Below, piece by piece: positions 17,430 to 26,915 of a stretch of 64,000 bases of DNA; the stretch's first letter is position 1, and every line of letters begins with the position of its first letter. A program made the translations under genes and the position numbers. The DNA is from a virus (Duplodnaviria > Caudoviricetes): the IMG/VR virus record IMGVR_UViG_3300042866_001263; one strand, written 5' to 3'. Under the pieces are notes generated by a model. The model made no database searches. It worked only from the letters and a program-made list of their open reading frames with translations, and was not told the DNA's origin.

Positions 17430-17861
17430 TTATACTCCTAAATGGTCTTCGGTGAGTATCAAGAAGTTCATCTGCCTGTCTTCACAATACTCACGAGCAG
17501 CGGACCATTTAGCTTGGTTCTTTGCGAATGTTAAAACTGCATTACGATAGGCAGTAGTACGTTTATTTTTTTCATTCGGGGGTTGTGTTTGTCTTTTGGG
17601 TTTGATCTCGATAATATATTTGCTTATCGCTCCAGTTTTTTCACGAACTTTAATATAAAAATCTGGATAGTATCGTCTCACTTTTCCATCGGGAGCACGA
17701 TATGGGATGATTACCTCTTCGCTTCCCCACTCCATTATCGAGGGGTTGTTATCACAGAACACCATGAACTTTCGTTCCCATAGCGACCTATAGATAACAC
17801 GAGTTGGATTTCCACGATACTTACTAGGATTTACAGGTTTGTATAACCCAGAGTATGCCAT
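17430..17861 (-). CDS. gp4: head completion nuclease gp4
   Basis: MAYSGLYKP.NPSKY.G, YRSLWERKFM, YYPDF, EIKP; start trimmed. Confidence 0.9.
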   Translation of the reverse strand: MAYSGLYKPVNPSKYRGNPTRVIYRSLWERKFMVFCDNNPSIMEWGSEEVIIPYRAPDGKVRRYYPDFYIKVREKTGAISKYIIEIKPKRQTQPPNEKNKRTTAYRNAVLTFAKNQAKWSAAREYCEDRQMNFLILTEDHLGV

Positions 17862-17892
17862 AAATATAGTTGTACCAACATAGGTATTTAGC

Positions 17893-18630
17893 GTGTCAGT
17901 AAATAACTTCATCAATACTATTGCTAAGTATGGCGGAATGTCATACAGTAATAACTTTGAGGTTAAGTTCATTAATCCAAAAGTTACTTTTAATGAGTTA
18001 GATACAATCGTCTCATTATTTTGTGATGAGGCACAATTGCCCAATAGTAATACTGCCCAGGGATCCGTTAATGGATTGTATGTTGGCAGTGGCACTGTCC
18101 AGTATCCACATACACGAGTGTATACTGAGATACAACTTGGATTTATGTTGGATGCTAATCTATCAGCACTAAAATTTTTAAATAAGTGGTTGGATTTTAT
18201 TTTTAGTGGCGATGGTAAGTTAGGAACTGTTCAAGAATGGCAGGATCAGCAAAATAATAAATCTTTAGCGCAATTACAATCTTTAGCAACGACAAGTATA
18301 CGACCAGAAAATAGAGCAGTGCGTCTCAAGTATAGAAATGAATATGCTTGTACTATGTTGATCAGTAAAACGGAGCAAGGACCATACGCAGCAAATCAAA
18401 GAGCTCCAATTACATATGTTCTAGAAAATGCGTATCCATATGCTATTGACGCCATACCACTATCATATGGCAACTCTCAGATAACAAAGGTATCAGCTCA
18501 ATTCTCATATTCAAGACATTATACTGTTCCAAATAATATTACATCTGTTGCTGGAACTCTTGGTGGAATGTACAATCCAACGCAGAGAAGACAAGTTGAA
18601 CAGAGGGTTGTTCCTGGAAAACAAAATTGA
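17893..18630 (+). CDS. tail tube-fold baseplate protein (gp54/gp19-like)
   Basis: FCDEAQLP, AYPYAIDAIPLSYG; position divergent from gp4. Confidence 0.7.
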   Translation: MSVNNFINTIAKYGGMSYSNNFEVKFINPKVTFNELDTIVSLFCDEAQLPNSNTAQGSVNGLYVGSGTVQYPHTRVYTEIQLGFMLDANLSALKFLNKWLDFIFSGDGKLGTVQEWQDQQNNKSLAQLQSLATTSIRPENRAVRLKYRNEYACTMLISKTEQGPYAANQRAPITYVLENAYPYAIDAIPLSYGNSQITKVSAQFSYSRHYTVPNNITSVAGTLGGMYNPTQRRQVEQRVVPGKQN

Positions 18631-18722
18631 TTTTTCAATTACATGAAATTGGAAAAAAATTTTCCGCCAAAAAATCGTTAAAAAAGACGAACTAAATATA
18701 CATATGATCTGGTCTAAACATA

Positions 18723-19439
18723 ATGGCATTACCACAAGTTGTTCTTCCAACGTATGAGTTGGAAATCCCTTCATCTGGCAAAAAAATCAAATATCGCCCA
18801 TTTGTAGTAAAAGAAGAGAAACTACTTTTGCTGGCACTAGAGACAAATGATGAAAAGCAAGTAGAAGATGCTTTGAAGACTTTATTGAAAGGATGTATCC
18901 AAACAAAAGGCGTCAAAATCGAAGAATTAGCATCATTTGATCTGGAATACATTTTTCTTCAAATTCGTGCTGTTTCTGTTGGTGAAGTCGTTGAGATGAA
19001 TATCACTTGTAGAGATGATGAAGAAACAGTGGTGAAATATAATCTCAATTTGCTTGAAGTAAAGGTAACAAAACCAGAAGGACATTCTAATAAAATTGAA
19101 TTGACTGATAAAATGGGTGTAATTATGAAATACCCAGCATTTGATGATTTTGTGAAAAATTCTATTTTAGGTACTTCAGTAACTGCTGATGGTGTAATTG
19201 AAAATATCGCTTCTTGTATTGATCAGATTTATGATGGTGAAGAAGTCTATGATAGTTCAACGACAAGCAAAAAGGAATTTGTAGATTTTGTTGAAGGCTT
19301 CACAAATCAACAATTTGAGAAAGTTCAGCAGTTTTTCAACGATACTCCAAGACTAGAACATACGTTTTCTATCAAAAATCCCACAACTGGAGTTGTGTCA
19401 GAATACACTATTTCGGGACTAACAAATTTTTTCGGATAG
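18723..19439 (+). CDS. gp26: baseplate hub assembly protein gp26
   Basis: LPTYELEIPSSGKKIKYRPFVVKEEK, FLQIRAVSVGE. Confidence 0.88.
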   Translation: MALPQVVLPTYELEIPSSGKKIKYRPFVVKEEKLLLLALETNDEKQVEDALKTLLKGCIQTKGVKIEELASFDLEYIFLQIRAVSVGEVVEMNITCRDDEETVVKYNLNLLEVKVTKPEGHSNKIELTDKMGVIMKYPAFDDFVKNSILGTSVTADGVIENIASCIDQIYDGEEVYDSSTTSKKEFVDFVEGFTNQQFEKVQQFFNDTPRLEHTFSIKNPTTGVVSEYTISGLTNFFG

Positions 19440-19489
19440 CACTCTTCCATAATAGTTTGGAAGGGTATTATAAAACCAACTTTGCCTTG

Positions 19490-19615
19490 ATGCAGCACCA
19501 TAAATATAGCTTGATCGAGATTGAAAATATGATGCCTTGGGAGAGACAAGTTTATACTACTCTTTTAATGCAATACTTGGAACAAGTTAGACAAGAACAA
19601 GAACGAGCAGCGTAA
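19490..19615 (+). CDS. gp51-like hub assembly chaperone; probably the -1 frame extension of gp26
   Basis: MQHHKYSLIEIENMMPWERQVY...; frame is open from before the gp26 stop. Confidence 0.65.
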   Translation: MQHHKYSLIEIENMMPWERQVYTTLLMQYLEQVRQEQERAA

Positions 19616-19620
19616 AGCTA

Positions 19621-22395
19621 ATGGCACACGGTTTTCTTACACCACAATCAGTATCTGGAGACAGATTTTGGCAAAATCCAAGGGATCTTTATAATTTATA
19701 TAAAAGAATAAAAGAACTTCTTCCAAAAAAGCAAGGTGGACCAGAAGAAAAAGGTGGATCTTTAGCAACAACACAAAAAGGTGGAATTGTTGATGAAGGA
19801 TTAAAGGCAGTAAGAGTTACTGATATCGGTAGTTCAAATCAACCACCAGCACTAAAAATGCTAAACCAGTCTGCTGTTGCTGGTTTTCTAAAATCTGGAA
19901 TTCCATCATTATCACCTGGAGGTCCAGGTGGTGTATCACCAACAAAAGGTGGAACTTTTACAAATATTCCTGGCATTTCTGCTGCTCCAAAAAAATTAGA
20001 TAGTGAAGCGTTTTTTAAAGCAGCACAAACTGGAGTAGATCCACAAACTGGGAGATACTTAACTTCAGAAGAGAGAAAAGAATATTTAAAGAAATCAAAA
20101 GCACAAATGAATGCTACTGCGAGTGTAGCATCTGCTGGAGCTTCAGGTATTTCAAGTGCTTCACTAGTAACGAAAGGTGATGCGGCAGTTGTAGGATCTG
20201 TAGAAAATCTCACAAATGTAGTTGGTTCTCTAGTTGACGCTGTAAAAGCACAGACAGCAGCAGATAAGCAAATTGCTCAAAATGCAAAAGCATCGGCAGA
20301 AAAGATAGCGAATAGATCTTTAGCAAGAGATGAAGAAAAGGCGTTAGAAGCAGGATCTGATAATTCTGGTTTTATCACACCAACTGGTGGTTTGGGATCA
20401 CTTACTGGCGGCAATCGTGGCGGTGGAGGCGGTGGATTAGGACTAGGAACTGCTCTGGGTGCCGCTGGAAAGATTATTGGTAAAGCTGCTCCTGGTGTTG
20501 GCGCCAGGGGCGTTGCTAGGGCATTACCTAGGGCAGGAGCAGCAGTTGCTGGTAAAGGTGGCGCCAAGGCATTAATGAAAATGGGAGGAAAAACAGCAGC
20601 AAGAATGATCCCAGGTGCTCAAACAGCAATCGGTCTCGGTTTAGCGGGTGAAGCACTAAGTAGGGGAGATATCTTAGGTGCTGCTTTATCAGCAGGATCT
20701 GCTATTCCAGGACCAATTGGATGGGGATTTCTAGCAGCTGATGTTGCTAGAGATTTAACTGGTGGTCAAGGAAAAGGATATGCTAGTGGTGGATTGGTAA
20801 CTGGTGGTAATAGAAGCGTTATTGATGATGTGCCAATTCGTGCCGATGAAGGTGAAGTGGTGATGAGTAATGCCGCTGGTAATACTTGGGGAAGAAGCAC
20901 GTTGTTGGCAATGAATGCCATGGGTGGAGGATCGAATAAACCAACTGGAGGTAGAGGGTATGCTGAAGGTGGTTTAGTTGGTGGAGATAAAGCAAAATCC
21001 AAACAAATGTTTAGATTGTTTGGTGAAGGAATGATTGATGCTCAAAAAGCAAATAGTAGAGATTTTGCGAGAATTCAATCTCAAGGATTGAGGCAATATT
21101 ATGAAAATGAGGGTGGTTTCGAAAAAATGGGAAAAGGTCTTGCTGATGTTTGGGGAAAAATTAAAGGTTTTATGGGTGGATTATTCAGTGCTTTAACTGG
21201 TGGAAGTGCGGCTGCAGCAACAGGAAATCCAGCAGATTATCTTACTGGAGGTGGAGATTTTAGTGGATCTAGCGGACAAGCTCAGGCAATGAATTATTTC
21301 ATGAGCCAAGGTTTAACGAAAGATCAGGCAGCTGGAATTGTTGGTAACTTGATGCAGGAATCAACTGCTGCTATTGATCCAAAGGCAAAAAATGCTTCTG
21401 GACATCGTGGAATTGCTCAGTGGGATGCTAATAGATGGGGCAATTTTGAAAAATGGGCTAAGACAAATAAATTGGATGTTAATAGCAGAGAAGCACAACT
21501 CCAATGGATCATGGAAGAGATGCGAACTGGTTCTGGTGGTTTGAGTTTAAAAACTCTTAAAGGAGCAAAGACTTCTAGAGAAGCTGCTGATCTATTCTTG
21601 ACTAGATTTGAAAGATCTGGAGAAAAAGCAGGATCGGCAGGATATGAAAATAGAATGAACAATGCTGCTAAACTTGCTGCTATTAAAGATTTTGGTAGTA
21701 CTATGGGAGCTGGTGGCGGATCAAAATTAGAAAAAGATATTCTTGCTTTTAGACAAGCTAGAACTAAATTTAAGGTTAGTGGAAATAGAGTTGCTACAGA
21801 TGCGTCTTTTAATCTAGCAATTAGAGAACTTAGAGGAGCTTCTGGTGGATCTAGCATCAATCCACTGGCTGATGATAAAAGTTATCAGGATGTTCACAGA
21901 GGAGAAGCGCATAAAAAAGGATATGGATTTGACGTTCCTATTGCTAACAGAGAACAAGCTGAATTTGTAATTAATTTTTGGAGAGCAAGAGGATATGAAA
22001 CTATTCATGGTAGAGGAGAAGATCCAAGTGGAGGACATGATCACCATGTTCATGTTCAGGCTCCAAAGTCTAAAGCGAAAGAATTTTTAGAAGCAACTAA
22101 ACCAAAACCAAAACCAAAACCAGCACAAGGATCTCCAACAGCAGCACAAACAGGGGCAAGGACAAAAGCAGATTTGATGGGCAGTGCCCGTCAACCAACT
22201 CCTGCTGGACAACAGTTGTCACAAGCATCTACAGAGGATGCTATGACACAAAGAAGAAGAACCAAAGCAGATACAGTAGGAAACACAACAATTATTAATA
22301 ATAATGGTGGCGGTGGCGCTCAAGTAGCATCGGCAGGACCATCGGGTGGATCCAGTTCTATGGGACTGGCTGCTCTAGCACTAAGAGTATCGTAA
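19621..22395 (+). CDS. tape-measure/hub-like virion protein with phage-tail-lysozyme and LAS-type peptidase domains
   Basis: AAGIVGNLMQES..GIAQW...FERS; H-x6-D and HxH motifs near the C-terminus. Confidence 0.75.
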   Translation: MAHGFLTPQSVSGDRFWQNPRDLYNLYKRIKELLPKKQGGPEEKGGSLATTQKGGIVDEGLKAVRVTDIGSSNQPPALKMLNQSAVAGFLKSGIPSLSPGGPGGVSPTKGGTFTNIPGISAAPKKLDSEAFFKAAQTGVDPQTGRYLTSEERKEYLKKSKAQMNATASVASAGASGISSASLVTKGDAAVVGSVENLTNVVGSLVDAVKAQTAADKQIAQNAKASAEKIANRSLARDEEKALEAGSDNSGFITPTGGLGSLTGGNRGGGGGGLGLGTALGAAGKIIGKAAPGVGARGVARALPRAGAAVAGKGGAKALMKMGGKTAARMIPGAQTAIGLGLAGEALSRGDILGAALSAGSAIPGPIGWGFLAADVARDLTGGQGKGYASGGLVTGGNRSVIDDVPIRADEGEVVMSNAAGNTWGRSTLLAMNAMGGGSNKPTGGRGYAEGGLVGGDKAKSKQMFRLFGEGMIDAQKANSRDFARIQSQGLRQYYENEGGFEKMGKGLADVWGKIKGFMGGLFSALTGGSAAAATGNPADYLTGGGDFSGSSGQAQAMNYFMSQGLTKDQAAGIVGNLMQESTAAIDPKAKNASGHRGIAQWDANRWGNFEKWAKTNKLDVNSREAQLQWIMEEMRTGSGGLSLKTLKGAKTSREAADLFLTRFERSGEKAGSAGYENRMNNAAKLAAIKDFGSTMGAGGGSKLEKDILAFRQARTKFKVSGNRVATDASFNLAIRELRGASGGSSINPLADDKSYQDVHRGEAHKKGYGFDVPIANREQAEFVINFWRARGYETIHGRGEDPSGGHDHHVHVQAPKSKAKEFLEATKPKPKPKPAQGSPTAAQTGARTKADLMGSARQPTPAGQQLSQASTEDAMTQRRRTKADTVGNTTIINNNGGGGAQVASAGPSGGSSSMGLAALALRVS

Positions 22396-22399
22396 TATC

Positions 22400-23824
22400 A
22401 TGGCAGAATTTCAATCTACGACAGATTTTAAAATATCATCCATCAGCATAACATCTGCTGACGGAAAGAAGTCCTTTGACATTAAAAATCTCGTTCAGGT
22501 TTTTAATTATGTTGAAAGCACAAATTTTGCTTTTCTGATGGGAACGATGGCGGTTGTTGATAGTGGTGGTCTTATCAACTCTATGCCCATACAAGGTGGT
22601 GAAATAGTAAAGATAAAGATACAAACCAATACCAATCAGTCTGGTGAAGAATATTCATTGCGTGTATGGAAGATTGGAAATAGATATGTAAAAAATCAAG
22701 ATCAATCTTATACACTAGGATTAATTTCCGAAGAGGCATTAAACAATGAATGTGTAAGAGTTGAGGTCCCATTAAATGGAAAACCAGATGAAATTATCGC
22801 AAAACTCTTGAAAGAATACTTAAAGACAGGAAAGCAATTTAATACAGAACCATGTTTATTTGAAACAAAGTTAATCGCTTCTAGAAAAAGAGTTTTTGAT
22901 ATCGCAGCAATGTTGATGCCAAAATCTGTGCCATCATCACAAAAGAGCGTTTCCACTCCAACTTCATCTAAAAAAAGTTCTACGGCAACCGAAGGTCAGG
23001 AACAAACTGTGGGTGGAAGTGCTGGATTTTTCTTCTGGGAAAATAAGAGAGGATTTAATTTTTATTCTGTTGATACTCTTTGTTCTGATACTCCATCTGC
23101 CGAGTATAATGTTCAAACATGGGGTCCATATGTAGAAAAAATACTAAATCGAGATGATGGAGCAGATGATAGATTTACAATTAGTGAAATTACTTTTAAT
23201 TCGGAAGTGGATCTAATATCTGGATTGAGATTTGGTAAGTATTCTACTAAAATGTGCTTTTTTAACCATTCTACTGGTCAATATGATGAGTACGTTTACA
23301 ATATGAAGAATGCTTTTGATGATATGAAGCATTTGGGTAGTCAGGAAGAACCATCAACAGTAAGATTATCTGCTAATAAAACACTAGCAGATTATCCAAC
23401 TAAAATCATGTCCATGCTGTTGGATCATGAAACTTGGTACAACGAAGATAAACCAGCATCTCCCTACGAAAAGGATGGAGCAACAAATCCATCTCAATAT
23501 TCTGATAGACATTTAGAATATGCTGCTCAATCAAAAGCTAGATATGAGACATTATCAAATCAAAGTGTTACAATTGTTATACCAGGAAATTCTCAAATCT
23601 GTGCTGGTGATAAAATAGATATTCGTATCACAAATAAACAACCAAGCAAATTTGCTAAAGATGATCCATTTGATCCAGAATATAGTGGTGTATATCTAAT
23701 CATGGAAGTAACACATTCATATGATACTCTAGTTGGATCAAATGGTAGATTTACAACAACTCTTCGTCTTTCTAGAGATACTCATGGTGCAAAAGATCGC
23801 ATCTCTTATCACGGCACTAAATAA
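22400..23824 (+). CDS. baseplate hub protein (gp27-like)
   Basis: GFFFWENKRG.NF.S.D, IVIPGNSQICAGD, YSGVYLIMEVTH. Confidence 0.7.
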   Translation: MAEFQSTTDFKISSISITSADGKKSFDIKNLVQVFNYVESTNFAFLMGTMAVVDSGGLINSMPIQGGEIVKIKIQTNTNQSGEEYSLRVWKIGNRYVKNQDQSYTLGLISEEALNNECVRVEVPLNGKPDEIIAKLLKEYLKTGKQFNTEPCLFETKLIASRKRVFDIAAMLMPKSVPSSQKSVSTPTSSKKSSTATEGQEQTVGGSAGFFFWENKRGFNFYSVDTLCSDTPSAEYNVQTWGPYVEKILNRDDGADDRFTISEITFNSEVDLISGLRFGKYSTKMCFFNHSTGQYDEYVYNMKNAFDDMKHLGSQEEPSTVRLSANKTLADYPTKIMSMLLDHETWYNEDKPASPYEKDGATNPSQYSDRHLEYAAQSKARYETLSNQSVTIVIPGNSQICAGDKIDIRITNKQPSKFAKDDPFDPEYSGVYLIMEVTHSYDTLVGSNGRFTTTLRLSRDTHGAKDRISYHGTK

Positions 23825-23844
23825 TGTAACAGGAGGAAACTAAA

Positions 23845-24057
23845 ATGGAAAACATTGACGTACATATTCAACAAGATAAGAAAATTCTTGATGATCCACA
23901 GACATCCCCACAAGCTCGCAGGCATACACAAGAAGAACTTACCGCTCTAGAAGCATACAAAGAGCGTCATCCAAATGATGATCGTGATCCAACATCACTA
24001 GAACTTTTCTGTGATAGCAATCCAGGTGCTTTAGAATGTAGAGTATATGATGATTGA
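23845..24057 (+). CDS. cp12: CP12 Calvin-cycle inhibitor
   Basis: C-terminal LELFCDSNPGALECRVYDD. Confidence 0.9.
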   Translation: MENIDVHIQQDKKILDDPQTSPQARRHTQEELTALEAYKERHPNDDRDPTSLELFCDSNPGALECRVYDD

Positions 24058-26915
24058 GTAATATGGATCAATTATTATCTCAACTCATCCCAACACAGAG
24101 GATTGGCAACGATGGGTTTAATTGGTGGGTAGGTCAAGTAGAAGGAACTGCCGCTGATGAACCAAACAACAAAGGGGGAACTCGCTACAAGGTAAGAATT
24201 GTTGGTGAGCATCCCCAGAGTAAAGAGTTGCTTGATACTAAAGATCTGCCATGGGCAAATGTCATGATGCCCGTGACAGTTCCTTTCATGCCAGGAAATG
24301 AAGGTGGAGCAAATTCACAGTTAAAACCTGGATGCTGGGTTGTTGGATTTTACTTAGATCCAGAAAAACAAAAACCATTGATTATTGGATCAATTGGTCA
24401 AACTCCTGGTGCTACAACAATCGTTAAAAATGCTAGACCAGATGATCTACCATTTACAACCGCTATTCCATCAACTGTAAATCCAGCAACTGATGGACAA
24501 CCAGCTCCAGAAAATCCACAAGGCGGACAATCAGAAGAAACAAACAAAAGCACTGGTGGAATGCCAGATGGCACAACAGGAAAAGATGGAAAACCAAGAG
24601 TTCCTGTCAGTACAAGAAAAGAAGATGGTATAAACAGAGAAAATTGGTGTCAGACAGTAGCAGAGAAGTGCTCTAAAGAAGACATGAAAACAAAAGCAAC
24701 TAGCATATTAAGCGAGTTGTTTAATGAAATCAAAAACAATGGTGGAAACTTAGGATCTTATCTGGTCAATAAATCAACAGGAGCAGTTTATAGTAGTGTC
24801 AATATTGTAAGAAGATATGTCAATAAGTTTTTGACAGTAATTCGTCATTTCATCGCTAAGGTTAAAGGATTTATTATTGACAAATTAAAGGCAGCAGTCA
24901 ACGATTTAATTAAGGCGTTAATCTATCCATCAGAGGAAGGAAATGTCCTAACACCAGTAACTCAATGGTTCAATAATCTCCTCAAAGATCTCGGTTGTAG
25001 AATGGCAGATCTTGGAGATCGTTTGGCTGAGTGGTTGACAAACGTTCTAATGGATCTTGTTAATCAAATCTACAGATCTGTTGCTTGTCAGATTGATACT
25101 CTTGTAAATGGCATTCTTTCAAAGATTAACTCATTAATGAATGAACTTCTAGATGCTGTCTTGGGACCTCTACAAGAGGTTTTACAAGCAATTTCTGGAC
25201 CTCTGGATATTATTGGTGGAGCAATTAGTTTCGTTCTAAATCTTCTTGGTATTTCTTGTTCTGGTCCCGATCAAACATGCGCTAAATATAAGAGTGTTTG
25301 TGTTGATGGTAGTAAGAAGGAAGGAGAAAACGACGAAGACTTCTTGGATAACTTATTATCAAGTATTGACAACTTATTCCCAGCAACTGGTGCAGATTAT
25401 ACACAATATACATGTGCTGAGGCATATTCTGGTGGTCCTTTAGCAATCACGACGATTGGATTTACTGGTGGTGTTCCCATACCAACTGGCAGTGGATCAA
25501 CAACGGAAGCACTCAAGATTATCTACACAATTGATGATATTGATGTAGAAGAAGGAGACGAAGCTACATTTACAGTATCCAGATCTGGATATACCGAAGT
25601 TGCCTCTTCTGTAAATTATAAAACTCTAAAGAAAGGAACTGCTACACCAGGCGTAGATTATTATTCCGACGAGGGAATTCTCGGATTTGCTCCAAATGAA
25701 ACACAAAAGCAAATCAAAGTTAAAACATTCTACAATGTTCAATCAGAGGGAGATGAAGATTTCTTCGTATTTCTCTCATTAAATACTCCAACTCCATCTG
25801 GCGGAGTAAAAACAAATTTCTCTAAAAATATTGGAAGATGTCGTATTGTAGAGAGAAATATTTTAGAACCAGGAAATCCATATACTCCAAAGGATGTAAA
25901 TCCTTTTGGGACACTACCAAATGTATTTCCGCCAGATCAAGTTGATGTATTGGATGATGGTCCTGGTACTAAAGATCCTTCCCAATCAAATAGTGAACTG
26001 ACGCCATCGTACAGAGTTACTTCTGATAGAAGCACTGTAAGGGAAGGTGAATTTGTCATCTATACTATCAGCACAACGAATGTGAAAAATGGTACGATTG
26101 GTTATTATACGTTATCTGGCAATGGAATAACACCAGCAGATATTATTGGCAACAAACTTACAGGAAGTTTTGTTGTAAACAATAATGCCGCTTTTGTGAC
26201 AGTTGGAATTGAAGAAGATAATACACCAGAGGATACAGAAACATTAACATTTACAATCAACGGCACAGGAGCTGCTGTAAGTGTTCTGATTGTTCCTGAT
26301 GATGGAGAAGGAGCAAATCTTGATGATTACGATATATCAATTGGCGACAGTTTGGATACTGTCTTCTCTGGATTTAAGCCACCAACTGTAATTCCATCTA
26401 AGATTATAACAGATGGTAATGGTGGAATTATTGAGATACCTATTGACAATCCTGGTTCTCCATGGGCAGAACCACCATATGTGTTTGTTGGTGGATCTGG
26501 AATTGGAGCCACTGCTACAGCACTATTAGATCAAGATGGTTTCCTCACAGAAATACGTGTAAAATCTAGTGGATATGGTTACAAGAAAAATCTAGCAACT
26601 GATAATGATGTTCGTTGTATTATTGATGCCTTTACTGTTATTAGACCAGGAATTGGATATACTGAAATTCCAGATCTTTACATTAATGGGGAACTTGGAG
26701 TTGCTGAAGCATTGATTGACGATAATGGTTTCGTAATTGGAGCAAGAATTTTAGATAGACAAAGAACATTTGACGAATTCCCTGAGATTATTGTTGTAGG
26801 TGGCGGTGGATATGGAGCAAAACTTCTTCCATCTCTTGCTTGCCTAGATACAGAAGCACTATCTACTATTGGTTCTACTAAGATTGGAACTGGACGTTAC
26901 GTTGATTGCCCATGA
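24054..26915 (+). CDS. gp5: gp5-like baseplate hub/spike protein, N-terminal part, with Calx-beta-like domains
   Basis: FNWWVGQVE, RYKVRIVG.H, LPWA.VMMP OB-fold; EGDEATFTV repeats. Confidence 0.8.
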   Translation: MSNMDQLLSQLIPTQRIGNDGFNWWVGQVEGTAADEPNNKGGTRYKVRIVGEHPQSKELLDTKDLPWANVMMPVTVPFMPGNEGGANSQLKPGCWVVGFYLDPEKQKPLIIGSIGQTPGATTIVKNARPDDLPFTTAIPSTVNPATDGQPAPENPQGGQSEETNKSTGGMPDGTTGKDGKPRVPVSTRKEDGINRENWCQTVAEKCSKEDMKTKATSILSELFNEIKNNGGNLGSYLVNKSTGAVYSSVNIVRRYVNKFLTVIRHFIAKVKGFIIDKLKAAVNDLIKALIYPSEEGNVLTPVTQWFNNLLKDLGCRMADLGDRLAEWLTNVLMDLVNQIYRSVACQIDTLVNGILSKINSLMNELLDAVLGPLQEVLQAISGPLDIIGGAISFVLNLLGISCSGPDQTCAKYKSVCVDGSKKEGENDEDFLDNLLSSIDNLFPATGADYTQYTCAEAYSGGPLAITTIGFTGGVPIPTGSGSTTEALKIIYTIDDIDVEEGDEATFTVSRSGYTEVASSVNYKTLKKGTATPGVDYYSDEGILGFAPNETQKQIKVKTFYNVQSEGDEDFFVFLSLNTPTPSGGVKTNFSKNIGRCRIVERNILEPGNPYTPKDVNPFGTLPNVFPPDQVDVLDDGPGTKDPSQSNSELTPSYRVTSDRSTVREGEFVIYTISTTNVKNGTIGYYTLSGNGITPADIIGNKLTGSFVVNNNAAFVTVGIEEDNTPEDTETLTFTINGTGAAVSVLIVPDDGEGANLDDYDISIGDSLDTVFSGFKPPTVIPSKIITDGNGGIIEIPIDNPGSPWAEPPYVFVGGSGIGATATALLDQDGFLTEIRVKSSGYGYKKNLATDNDVRCIIDAFTVIRPGIGYTEIPDLYINGELGVAEALIDDNGFVIGARILDRQRTFDEFPEIIVVGGGGYGAKLLPSLACLDTEALSTIGSTKIGTGRYVDCP

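Noticed and set aside
26906-26915. Split gp5 as a sequencing frameshift or pseudogene
   Set aside because: Clean ATGA stop/start overlap indicates translational coupling, and both parts are long intact ORFs
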